This document shows positions 26,676-34,919 of a stretch of DNA of 64,000 nt, piece by piece. The translations under genes were made by a program, and so were the position numbers. Numbering within the stretch: the first letter of the stretch is position 1; each line of letters starts with the position of its first letter. Origin of the DNA: Candidatus Nealsonbacteria bacterium (lineage in GTDB: Bacteria > Patescibacteriota > Minisyncoccia > Minisyncoccales > PWPS01); the NCBI GenBank assembly GCA_003557645.1, contig PWNV01000020.1:78328-142327 (forward strand). The letters run 5' to 3'. The notes under the pieces were generated by a model. It had not been told where the DNA came from and searched no databases. It worked only from the letters and a program-made list of their open reading frames with translations.

Positions 26676-27401
26676 TCAAAAATATTTACTAAACCGCTTC
26701 TTAATTTCAACGAACTCCTGTTTTTTGAAATTAAACCTATGCCCTGGTCTATCATTTAAACTTTTTAAAAGTCTACAAAATTTTTCGTGATCAAGGGTCT
26801 CTATATCAAGATCTTCACACTCTTTTCTTATCCTCTCGTTAGCTTTTTCAATATTTTTAGACTCAGTTACAACTTCCGCTTCAAAATAATATCCCCAATC
26901 AGGAACCTCTACCAAGGAAAAATCGACTTCCTTGTAGCGATAAAGATATGTTTTTGTTGCCTGAAGAACACCGTGATAGTGTCCCAGTATCTTTAAAAAC
27001 TCTATCATCTCATCAATCTTTTCTTTTTCAATTGGGAAAAGAAACTCTTTCCGCGCATCATTCCCGCTCCACCTTCCATGCTTTAAAACCAACTCCCCTT
27101 TTTTATTGGTTATTCTAACCTTTAAATCTACTGGATGTTCGTATACCTCTTTACTTTGATCATCCTCTCGTTGTGAGTATATAACAGAAAACCTATCAAT
27201 TATTCCTAGGAAATCAGCTTCTTTATCAAAAAAAACCTTAAGTCTTTTAAACTCATCTTTTTTTAGTGCTCCCCTGTGCTCAACTTCTATTTTTGTCATA
27301 TTTCTCTTTATCATCATACCAGACCTCGAAGAAAAGATAAATAAAAAAGGAAACCTTTTCAGAGCTCCCTTTTTGTGTTTACCGACTCGTTTAGATGACA
27401 A
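26676..27401 (-). CDS. CYTH-like domain protein
   Basis: EVEHRG...DLKVRIT...LVLKHG...RKEFLFPI...VDFSLVEVPDWGYYFEAEV beta-strand pattern. The true start is probably an internal Met at 27317 or 27299. Confidence 0.55.
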   Translation of the reverse strand: MSSKRVGKHKKGALKRFPFLFIFSSRSGMMIKRNMTKIEVEHRGALKKDEFKRLKVFFDKEADFLGIIDRFSVIYSQREDDQSKEVYEHPVDLKVRITNKKGELVLKHGRWSGNDARKEFLFPIEKEKIDEMIEFLKILGHYHGVLQATKTYLYRYKEVDFSLVEVPDWGYYFEAEVVTESKNIEKANERIRKECEDLDIETLDHEKFCRLLKSLNDRPGHRFNFKKQEFVEIKKRFSKYF

Positions 27402-27452
27402 AACTTACACTTTAAAGTATAACTTTCTTTTCTTTGTGAAACTCATATAAAA

Positions 27453-29102
27453 TTATTCTGCAACCTCTCTTGCCTCTTTGTCTTCTAAAGAAAACTCTAT
27501 AATTTTCTCTTCTGCTGGGAAATAACTTCCCTTCTCAAATCTAATTACTCGCCTTTCTTTATCATAGCTACATTTTTGAGCACACATGTCTTCTTCTTTC
27601 CTATACACTTCTTCAAAATCTGAAACGCTGTAAATCGCTTCATAACACTGCCCGTACATTTCATTGCTAACACAAGCGAAAAAATAGTCCTCTTCTTCTG
27701 TGAAGGCAGAATTATTAAAATGAGCCAAGTCTAAACTTAAAACCTTTTCTTTTTCATTTAAGTTATATATATCTATTCCTCCAAATCCAAAAAAGCTGAA
27801 ATAACTCATTAAATAGTTACCTTTCGGAGAAAACTTCAATGGTCCTAAGAGCATCTTTTTATCACCCCTTTCAAATGAAAATTCTGCAACTCCTTCATCT
27901 AAAACTTTTTCTTCCCCATCTTCTAAAACCACTAAATAGCTATTACCTTGTCTTTCTTTTGTGAAAGCAATCATGTCTTCAAATTGAAAAAACTCTGTAA
28001 GAATTTTTTCTGAAGAAATCGGGATGATCTTTTCTTCTTCAACTTCCATAGTTACGTGGTATAGTTCTTTTTCCCTGTTTTCATCTTGAAAGTAAACTTT
28101 AAAGCGATATCTATTATCTCCTATCTCTTCAAAATCGCTAGGCTCAGCTAAAATTGTTTCTTCGTACCAGCTCTCGTATGTTTCAAAATCAATATCTCCT
28201 TCTTTGTACATACCATAAGCATCTTCTAAATCTCCTTTTACTATCTTATAGTAGTACTTGCGAATAGTTGTTATTCTCGGATCTTCACCTTCTATAACCT
28301 CAAAATCTTTTTGTTCCGATATAGTAGGTGGAAAAACGTCAATACTACCAACAAAAGCAGAAAACTTTGCTTTCTCCTTTTCATAGCTTTCTCCTGCTTC
28401 CATAAAAATATCTTCTGGACCTAATATTTCATCAAAAGATTGTTTTCCTGCATGAAAATAACTGATAACTGCATTATCAAAATAATTGTTTTGCAGTTTC
28501 ACGAAAGCATAGTCTGTTAGATTGTAATTATAATAAGTGTCTCCTCCTTCTCTCTTGACTCTTGTTTGACGAATTGATGTTTTAATATCTTTCCTACACT
28601 CAGAATAAATTTCTTCTAAAACATACCAATCAACATTCGGTCTTTTATCGAACTCAAAGCGATAATCACAGATGTCGTGACTTTCTTTTATCTCAAGAAA
28701 ATTATCAATGGGACCCAAAGACATCAAGCGGAGATTCGAAGGTAGTTTTCCTTTGAATTCATCGTTATATATTTCTATTCTTGGAACTTTTTCTCCAGAA
28801 AAATACAAATCAACCCTGTAATCTAATTCCGACACGTAATCTGTATTCTCCCTACCCTCTTTTCTTAGCTCGTTAATTTTTTCTAAATTGGTAATTGTTG
28901 TTCTGGGAGATGTGATTGGCTCTCCCCACTCAGGTGGATAGTGAAAAGAAATCCCCAAAACATCATGCTCGTAATAAATCCAATCTTTCGTTAATATCCT
29001 CTCTTCTGATTTTTCTTGCAACAAGGAGATAACCGATGCTATTATCCCGATAACAACAAGAATAATCAAAAAAACAATTATTAGTAGTGCTACTTTTTTC
29101 AT
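27453..29102 (-). CDS. hypothetical large secreted/anchored protein
   Basis: 549 aa with an N-terminal TM helix. No family recognised. Confidence 0.4.
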   Translation of the reverse strand: MKKVALLIIVFLIILVVIGIIASVISLLQEKSEERILTKDWIYYEHDVLGISFHYPPEWGEPITSPRTTITNLEKINELRKEGRENTDYVSELDYRVDLYFSGEKVPRIEIYNDEFKGKLPSNLRLMSLGPIDNFLEIKESHDICDYRFEFDKRPNVDWYVLEEIYSECRKDIKTSIRQTRVKREGGDTYYNYNLTDYAFVKLQNNYFDNAVISYFHAGKQSFDEILGPEDIFMEAGESYEKEKAKFSAFVGSIDVFPPTISEQKDFEVIEGEDPRITTIRKYYYKIVKGDLEDAYGMYKEGDIDFETYESWYEETILAEPSDFEEIGDNRYRFKVYFQDENREKELYHVTMEVEEEKIIPISSEKILTEFFQFEDMIAFTKERQGNSYLVVLEDGEEKVLDEGVAEFSFERGDKKMLLGPLKFSPKGNYLMSYFSFFGFGGIDIYNLNEKEKVLSLDLAHFNNSAFTEEEDYFFACVSNEMYGQCYEAIYSVSDFEEVYRKEEDMCAQKCSYDKERRVIRFEKGSYFPAEEKIIEFSLEDKEAREVAE

Positions 29103-29162
29103 AAAATATTTATTTAACTTTTGATATTTTTTGCTTATCCTCTACTGTTGTCATTAAAGATT

Positions 29163-30317
29163 TTAACTAAGCAAATAATAAGAAGCGAGATAGAAAAGAA
29201 TTGCTGCGCCAAAAAGTGTAACCCCAATCATTGCTTTGGAATTTACTAACCATATCCTTTTGGTCAAAACAGCGCTGGTAAAGACCGCTACTTCAATTAA
29301 CATATAGGAGAAGAGATAGAGCAAGATATAAAGAATAGATGCTGTAAGAGAAACTCCTGCCTCAGCTAATAAGCCAGCATAAATTATGGGCAAGCCGATC
29401 GAACAAGGAAGCTCTACTAGCGTTATTATAATAGCAAAGGAAACAACACTTCCGGTCAAGGCAATAGCACTTTTTTTAGGATCACTGAAAGATTCTTGAA
29501 GTTTTTTTGCCACATTGATAGCGAGCCTGCTTTCAGAAGAATCACACGTTGGTCCGTATTTAACAAACCTCCACGCCTCTTTCAAAAAATATAATCCCCC
29601 CAAAAATGCTAATACTCCAATAACAAAACCCAGGCTTTCAGTGTATGCTGATAACACTTCGTAGAGACCTCTCCAAGCAAAAACAATTCCCCCATAGACC
29701 GCCACAGTAATAAAGATAAATAATCCTCCATAAAAAAATATTTTTTTTCTGGAATCAAAGGCAATAACAATAGACAAAATCAAAATAAGGGCCCCGAGAG
29801 AACATATATTAAATCCATCGATTGTACCCAAAGCGATAGTTATAAAAGGCAAAGACCAATCACTAGTATCAACTTTTAATCCAATAAGTGGAACTGTAAA
29901 AATACAGCAATCACTCACAATATCTCTTCCTTCGATTGCAGCAATCAAATCTTTCTCTTCTTCCTCGGAAAACTGAATAAATTGAAGGTGATAATCTTTA
30001 TCGTTGCTATGAATAAAAATAGTTGGCGCCATCATGTCTGGTGACTCTACTCCATGCATCTCCCCTACTTCATCTAAAAGCTCTCTGTCAGATATAGGAT
30101 AGGTAATAATTTCTAGTCCCTCATAATCATCTTTAATCTCTTCAAAAAAATACTTCACTTTCCTACAAACCTCACACCATCTGTCTTCAAAAAAGTAAAT
30201 GGTTACCTCTTTCTCATTAACGCTGTTTTCTGTAATCAAATCTTCGCTGGCAAGCAAAGGACTTGCCGTAAACAAAAAAATAAAAGAGATTAAAAGAAAT
30301 ATTGCTTTTTTTGCCAT
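29163..30317 (-). CDS. thioredoxin-like domain fused to CcdA/DsbD-type thiol-disulfide transporter
   Basis: Signal peptide and a WCEVC redox motif, followed by a polytopic domain with DGFNIC and LPCS motifs as in CcdA. Confidence 0.7.
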   Translation of the reverse strand: MAKKAIFLLISFIFLFTASPLLASEDLITENSVNEKEVTIYFFEDRWCEVCRKVKYFFEEIKDDYEGLEIITYPISDRELLDEVGEMHGVESPDMMAPTIFIHSNDKDYHLQFIQFSEEEEKDLIAAIEGRDIVSDCCIFTVPLIGLKVDTSDWSLPFITIALGTIDGFNICSLGALILILSIVIAFDSRKKIFFYGGLFIFITVAVYGGIVFAWRGLYEVLSAYTESLGFVIGVLAFLGGLYFLKEAWRFVKYGPTCDSSESRLAINVAKKLQESFSDPKKSAIALTGSVVSFAIIITLVELPCSIGLPIIYAGLLAEAGVSLTASILYILLYLFSYMLIEVAVFTSAVLTKRIWLVNSKAMIGVTLFGAAILFYLASYYLLS

Positions 30318-30335
30318 AGAAACATTTAATTAACT

Positions 30336-30713
30336 TTATAATCTACATCCTGTCTCTTCTGATAAGTTTTCCGGGGAACCCCAATCATCAAAAACCTCCC
30401 CCTTTATCTGTACTTCAGGAACAACGTTTGTCTTCATTTCACTCCTACATCTCACTGTCTCTCCTGTAGTGCCACGCCCTGAACAATCTAGATAAATGAA
30501 TTTTATTGTTTCATAATCATCATATTCCCGTTCTAACTTGGTACAAGTCGGACAAGTACTACTACCATAAATAATTACACCAGAGTCTGCTAAACACTCA
30601 ATAAAGGAATGATCACTATTGTTTTTATCTCCCTTTTCCTCAATATTTACAGCATAAACAACTCCAACAATAACTAGAGCCGTCGCCATTAATATTAAAA
30701 TTGCTTTCTTCAT
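30336..30713 (-). CDS. secreted glutaredoxin/thioredoxin-fold protein
   Basis: Signal or anchor helix. YGSSTCPTCTKL is a CPxC motif. Confidence 0.55.
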   Translation of the reverse strand: MKKAILILMATALVIVGVVYAVNIEEKGDKNNSDHSFIECLADSGVIIYGSSTCPTCTKLEREYDDYETIKFIYLDCSGRGTTGETVRCRSEMKTNVVPEVQIKGEVFDDWGSPENLSEETGCRL

Positions 30714-31001
30714 GAATTAGATTTTTATAAATTCCTAAATCTCACAAACACACCCCAAGCACATAAACAATTCTAAACCTATTTTACTCAGAAATCAACT
30801 CCAAAAAATTACTTAATTTAATTAATTCTTTCTAAAAGAGTTCTTATTATTACAACACTCCGTTTTATTTTCTTTCATTTTACTGTTAAAGTCGTGAAGG
30901 CTGTGAACTAAAAATAGGGAGACCACAAATAATTACTAAAAAAAACACTAATTCCCTATATAGAAGACAACGAGCTAGTAGAAGCTACCCCCAAGCAAAA
31001 C

Positions 31002-31030
31002 AAAGCCCCTGGTTGAAAGCAGGGGTTTTG
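31002..31030 (-). terminator. terminator-like hairpin downstream of QueC-like A
   Basis: Stem cccctg/cagggg with an 8-nt loop, followed by a U-rich tract on the minus strand. Confidence 0.5.
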
Positions 31031-31048
31031 TAGATGTTTGTGCAAAGA

Positions 31049-31882
31049 CTAAGCATCATATTTTGTTCTGTCTTCTATTCCCGCCTTTTTAAATGCTTCT
31101 ATTCTGTTAACGCAAGCGGGGTAGCACTTCCCACAATGTTTTTCTTGATCTTTATAACAACTCCTTGTTTTTTCAATAGGAAGATTGTGTTTATCAGCCC
31201 ATCTCAAATAAACATCTTTCCCATAAAAATTATTATACTCCCTCTCTATAGGAAGGCATATCACTTGCCAAGAATAATCGCCCATAATCTGACAAATTAA
31301 TAGATTTAAAATCCTCATGGATGTAAGAGTTGAGTGTCTCGGTGGATCTTCTTTCATGCAAGAAATAAAAACTGTCTTTGGGAAAACTTTTTTTGATTGA
31401 AGAGAGTAAGCATATTCTGCTGCTGTTAATATTATTGCTGGATTTCTAGCAGGATAAGCTATTCTCGTTCTTGACTCTATTCCGTCCCCTAAATTTTTTA
31501 CACTCCTTAACATGTCCTTGTATTCAGAGGCAGGAGTCGGTACTTGAATTTCAATAGTTTTATTAAACAGTTCAGGATATTTCTTCGAAAAGTAATCATC
31601 AAAATAATTTACAGCTTCTCTTTCATACTTTAAATTGCTCTGATCTCTATTTATAAAAGCAGGATAAACACTAAGCTTAAAATCCTCTAAGAGAATAGCA
31701 ATATTGGTTGTAGAATCCATTCCTCCAGAGTGAACTGCAACAACCGGAGACCCGGGTTTGGGAATTTTTGCAACATTTAATCTTCTCCTCTTTATTATCC
31801 CGTCAATATCCTTTAGAACACTCGGATCCTCTTGTCTTTTCTTCTCTAAACCAAAAGTATTAGTGTTTATTATCTTCGTCAT
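31049..31882 (-). CDS. QueC-like PP-loop ATPase, paralog A
   Basis: PP-loop HSGGMDSTT, YPARNP segment, and a C-terminal Zn-type cluster SCYKDQEKHCGKCYPAC. A ~40-aa N-terminal extension precedes the PP-loop. Overlaps the upstream TS-like gene by 23 nt. Confidence 0.75.
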   Translation of the reverse strand: MTKIINTNTFGLEKKRQEDPSVLKDIDGIIKRRRLNVAKIPKPGSPVVAVHSGGMDSTTNIAILLEDFKLSVYPAFINRDQSNLKYEREAVNYFDDYFSKKYPELFNKTIEIQVPTPASEYKDMLRSVKNLGDGIESRTRIAYPARNPAIILTAAEYAYSLQSKKVFPKTVFISCMKEDPPRHSTLTSMRILNLLICQIMGDYSWQVICLPIEREYNNFYGKDVYLRWADKHNLPIEKTRSCYKDQEKHCGKCYPACVNRIEAFKKAGIEDRTKYDA

Positions 31883-32594
31883 ATTTTTTAATTAATTCTT
31901 TAGCATCTTCTATGCACTCTCCATATATGTGCACATCTGTTATAAAACCATCCAATGACTTTGTATTAATTGGAACATTTAATTTTTTGCTAAGATCTTC
32001 TGCTATCTGATTACAAAGTATTGATATCGCCAACATATTTCCATTTCCTTTCTGAAAACCATCTAAGCTTCTTGCATACCAAACGCAATTCATATCCCAC
32101 CCTTCATTGTTTTTAATGAGCCTAAATTGAACGTTGCAAAGACATGGCAAATAATCATCGTAGTGATCTGCCATCACCAGCTCATAATCCTCCCAGTTTA
32201 TGAAGCTCATCACTGCCTTCTTGCTTTCAGGTATAGTGCTCAGCCTGTCAATAATATACTCATACATTCTTCCCTCTTTAATTCTGGAATAGTAACTTTT
32301 AGGTCCCGCAGTAAAGCTTGGAACTACATCAAAATCATACATCTCTACTCCCCCTCCAACAGTTAAATAAACTATGGCATCCAAGTTGTCTTTATTTCCG
32401 TATTCTTCCAGAACAGGATCGGGCATAACCGGTTTTTCTATCTTAATTCTTAAATTTTGAAGAGCTACTCTATCTCTTTTTTCATCAGGTGAATTTTCTC
32501 CGAAATCAATTATTGAGCGAATTAAATCAACCCAAGCTTTGCCTACGGTTTCGTTGTGAATATGGACACCAAACGGCTCTATATTTTTGTACAT
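31860..32594 (-). CDS. divergent thymidylate-synthase-fold enzyme (archaeal-type TS-like)
   Basis: LPCLCNVQF (catalytic Cys region, compare PPCH..FQF), WYARSLD (compare YQRSxD), DVHIYG (compare H.Y). Lacks several canonical ThyA motifs. Confidence 0.65.
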   Translation of the reverse strand: MYKNIEPFGVHIHNETVGKAWVDLIRSIIDFGENSPDEKRDRVALQNLRIKIEKPVMPDPVLEEYGNKDNLDAIVYLTVGGGVEMYDFDVVPSFTAGPKSYYSRIKEGRMYEYIIDRLSTIPESKKAVMSFINWEDYELVMADHYDDYLPCLCNVQFRLIKNNEGWDMNCVWYARSLDGFQKGNGNMLAISILCNQIAEDLSKKLNVPINTKSLDGFITDVHIYGECIEDAKELIKKYDEDNKH

Positions 32595-32792
32595 ATTTTT
32601 TTTAAAAAAAACAATATTTTTTATTGCTTTTTTAATTAATAATTATGTTTAACATTTATACTTGATTGGCTCTGATGAAATAATATATTTACATTATATA
32701 ATAAAATATATTTTTGTCAATAATAAGCCTTAAAACTGTGTCCCCCGCCTCATTTACCTTTACAAAACAAGAAAATATGTTATTGTAAAAAA

Positions 32793-33668
32793 ATGAATAA
32801 TTTAATCAACACAAAGACTGGTCATTTAAATAGAGAAAGAAGGACTGAAGATGGATATCTTATTGAAAAATTTAATGAAATTTTGAAAGAAAAGAGAGGT
32901 TACGTTGTTAAAATACCAAAAGAAAGCTCCGCTGTAACAATTCCTGTATCTGGAGGAATTGACAGCATATGTCAGCTGTTTATTTTGCTTAATGATCTTA
33001 AGCTAAATGTTTATCCATGCTTCATAGACAGAGGACAGTCAAACATTAAAGCAGAAAGTGCGTCAGTAGATTATTTCAATAAATACTTTTCAAAAAGATT
33101 TCCAAATCATTTTCACGAGATAAAAAAAATAAAAGTAGAAACCCCTGCAAAAGAGTATAAAGAAGACTTAATAGCTACTAAAAAACTAAAAGACGATATA
33201 TTGCTAAGAACCGATATTAGCTATCCTGTAAGAAATCCAATTATCTTTCTAACCGCAATGGAGTACGCTTATTCTCTTCAGTCAAAAGGTGTTTATATAG
33301 ATACCGTATTTCTTTCTCTTTGCAAAGAAGATAATTTATACCACTCTTCCCTAACTTCACTGAGGTCCTTAAATATTTTGATTTGTCATATTACAAATAA
33401 CTGGAATTGGCAAATAATATCTTTACCAATTGAAGAAGAGTTTCAAAATTGCTACGAAAAAGAGGTTTACATGAAGCATTGTCTTGAAAATGGGCTTCCA
33501 TTAGAATTTACTAGAACGTGCACAAACAAAGGGAAAAATCATTGTGGCCAGTGTGCTTGTTGCTGGGACAGGAGAAATGGATTCAAGAACGCAAAAGCAA
33601 AAGACTTAACTGTTTATGATAACCCATTAAACGATAATCTTTCTTATGCCGAAAGAAGGCTTTTATAA
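32793..33668 (+). CDS. QueC-like PP-loop ATPase, paralog B
   Basis: VSGGIDS, YPVRNP and TCTNKGKNHCGQCACC. Roughly 45% identical to paralog A by eye, including the N-terminal extension (INT.T..L...R.ED). Confidence 0.75.
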   Translation: MNNLINTKTGHLNRERRTEDGYLIEKFNEILKEKRGYVVKIPKESSAVTIPVSGGIDSICQLFILLNDLKLNVYPCFIDRGQSNIKAESASVDYFNKYFSKRFPNHFHEIKKIKVETPAKEYKEDLIATKKLKDDILLRTDISYPVRNPIIFLTAMEYAYSLQSKGVYIDTVFLSLCKEDNLYHSSLTSLRSLNILICHITNNWNWQIISLPIEEEFQNCYEKEVYMKHCLENGLPLEFTRTCTNKGKNHCGQCACCWDRRNGFKNAKAKDLTVYDNPLNDNLSYAERRLL

Positions 33669-33671
33669 AAT

Positions 33672-34199
33672 ATGAAAAAAGAAATAGAAGTTAAATTTCA
33701 ATTAAAAAACAAAGATAAGATTCTTGAAAAGCTCTCTGCTTTGGGAGGAAAAGCAAAAAAACCATATGACCAAATAACATATGGATTTTTTTCAAAAGAC
33801 TCTGTTGAGAGAGGTATTTTTCCTAGAATAAGGAAAGAATTTGGGAAAAGTGTTTTAACCGTGAAAGTAAGGCCACAAAAAGAATCTTCCTTTTTTGAAA
33901 GAAAAGAATATTCAATAACAATTGATGACGAAAAGGAAGGTATAGAAATACTAAAATCTCTGGGATTTGATCGTATCAGAGAGTTTTCAAAGAAAAGACA
34001 AGAGTGGGAATTTCCTGATGTTGAGGTGTGTGTTGATGATCTGTACTTTGGCACTTTTTTAGAAATTGAAGGAGAAAAGAAAGACATTGAATCAATGATT
34101 AAAAAACTAGGACTTGAAAATAATGAAAGAATAACAAAGGCGTACTTAGCCATTGAAGATGACTATAAAAGTATGTTGAAGAAAGATAATAAGAGTTAG
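33672..34199 (+). CDS. CYTH domain protein (CyaB/class IV adenylate cyclase-like)
   Basis: EIEVKFQL...PRIR...LTVKV...ERKEYSI...VCVDDLYFGTFLEIEGE pattern. Starts 3 nt after the stop of QueC-like B. Confidence 0.75.
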   Translation: MKKEIEVKFQLKNKDKILEKLSALGGKAKKPYDQITYGFFSKDSVERGIFPRIRKEFGKSVLTVKVRPQKESSFFERKEYSITIDDEKEGIEILKSLGFDRIREFSKKRQEWEFPDVEVCVDDLYFGTFLEIEGEKKDIESMIKKLGLENNERITKAYLAIEDDYKSMLKKDNKS

Positions 34200-34254
34200 T
34201 TTTGTTATTTTTCTCCGACATATCAACTCTGTCGGAGGAGGGAAACTGATCTTT

Positions 34255-34872
34255 ATGAGTAAAATATTTGTTTTATACGGGATTAATGGAGTTGGTAAAG
34301 ATGCTATTGCTGCTGCTCTACAAAGAGAGAATTCAGAAATTGTAATTGTTACCGTGTCAAGGCTAGTTATGTATCATCTAGGAATTATAAGAGACTTTTC
34401 CTATAATTTAAGTATCAATGAAAGCGCATATCGTGAACTTGAAAAAACAAGTTCCGAAAGAAAGGAAGAAGTCTCAAATACTCTCTGTTTTGAGACCATA
34501 GCAAGTCTTTCTGAAAACGGTAAAATTGTTTTGTGCTTGAGTCACCTAGCAATATCAAAAAGATACGGCAAAAATAACTGGACATGCAAGCCATCATCCC
34601 CTTCAAAGTGGATTAATAGTGCAAATGGATTAATTCATGTCACCGCTGATCCAGAAGATGTTTTAATTTGGAGAAAAAACGATAAGAGAGAAAGGGTAAA
34701 CTGCATCAAAGAAATCCAAGAGCAACAGATAACAACGACCAATGAGTGGGAGAAAATCATCAACAACACCCAAGTTCCTTACATCACCGTTTTAAACAAG
34801 AATCATCAAAAAAGAAAAGCTGTACGTGCTATCGAAAGATTTATTTTCCAAAACAGCAGAAAAGAGGATTAA
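34255..34872 (+). CDS. P-loop protein resembling archaeal-type adenylate kinase
   Basis: GINGVGKD P-loop. Collinear with my recollection of archaeal AdkA (…HL.I....G…W…, ADPEDVLIWRKND..RER, IQEQQ). SD ggagg lies upstream. Confidence 0.5.
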   Translation: MSKIFVLYGINGVGKDAIAAALQRENSEIVIVTVSRLVMYHLGIIRDFSYNLSINESAYRELEKTSSERKEEVSNTLCFETIASLSENGKIVLCLSHLAISKRYGKNNWTCKPSSPSKWINSANGLIHVTADPEDVLIWRKNDKRERVNCIKEIQEQQITTTNEWEKIINNTQVPYITVLNKNHQKRKAVRAIERFIFQNSRKED

Positions 34873-34919
34873 CCATCCTCTCTTTTTTTTAAAGAATACA
34901 TTTTTTGGGATTACTCCAT

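Noticed and set aside
32595-32792. Looked for a preQ1 riboswitch or other leader in the divergent spacer between the TS-like/QueC-like arm and the QueC-like B arm.
   Set aside because: The spacer is almost pure A/T with no stable stems or preQ1-type consensus. Only weak promoter-like hexamers are present, which I do not report as features.
33698-34153. Long antisense shadow ORFs, for example 33698..34153 (-), 12986..13339 (+), 13730..14020 (+), 51587..51931 (+), 53743..54099 (+), 57883..58257 (+) and 45622..45912 (+).
   Set aside because: Each lies opposite a well-supported gene, has low-complexity or Ser/Phe/Ile-rich composition and lacks an SD. These are typical antisense artefacts of AT-rich or repetitive coding sequence.
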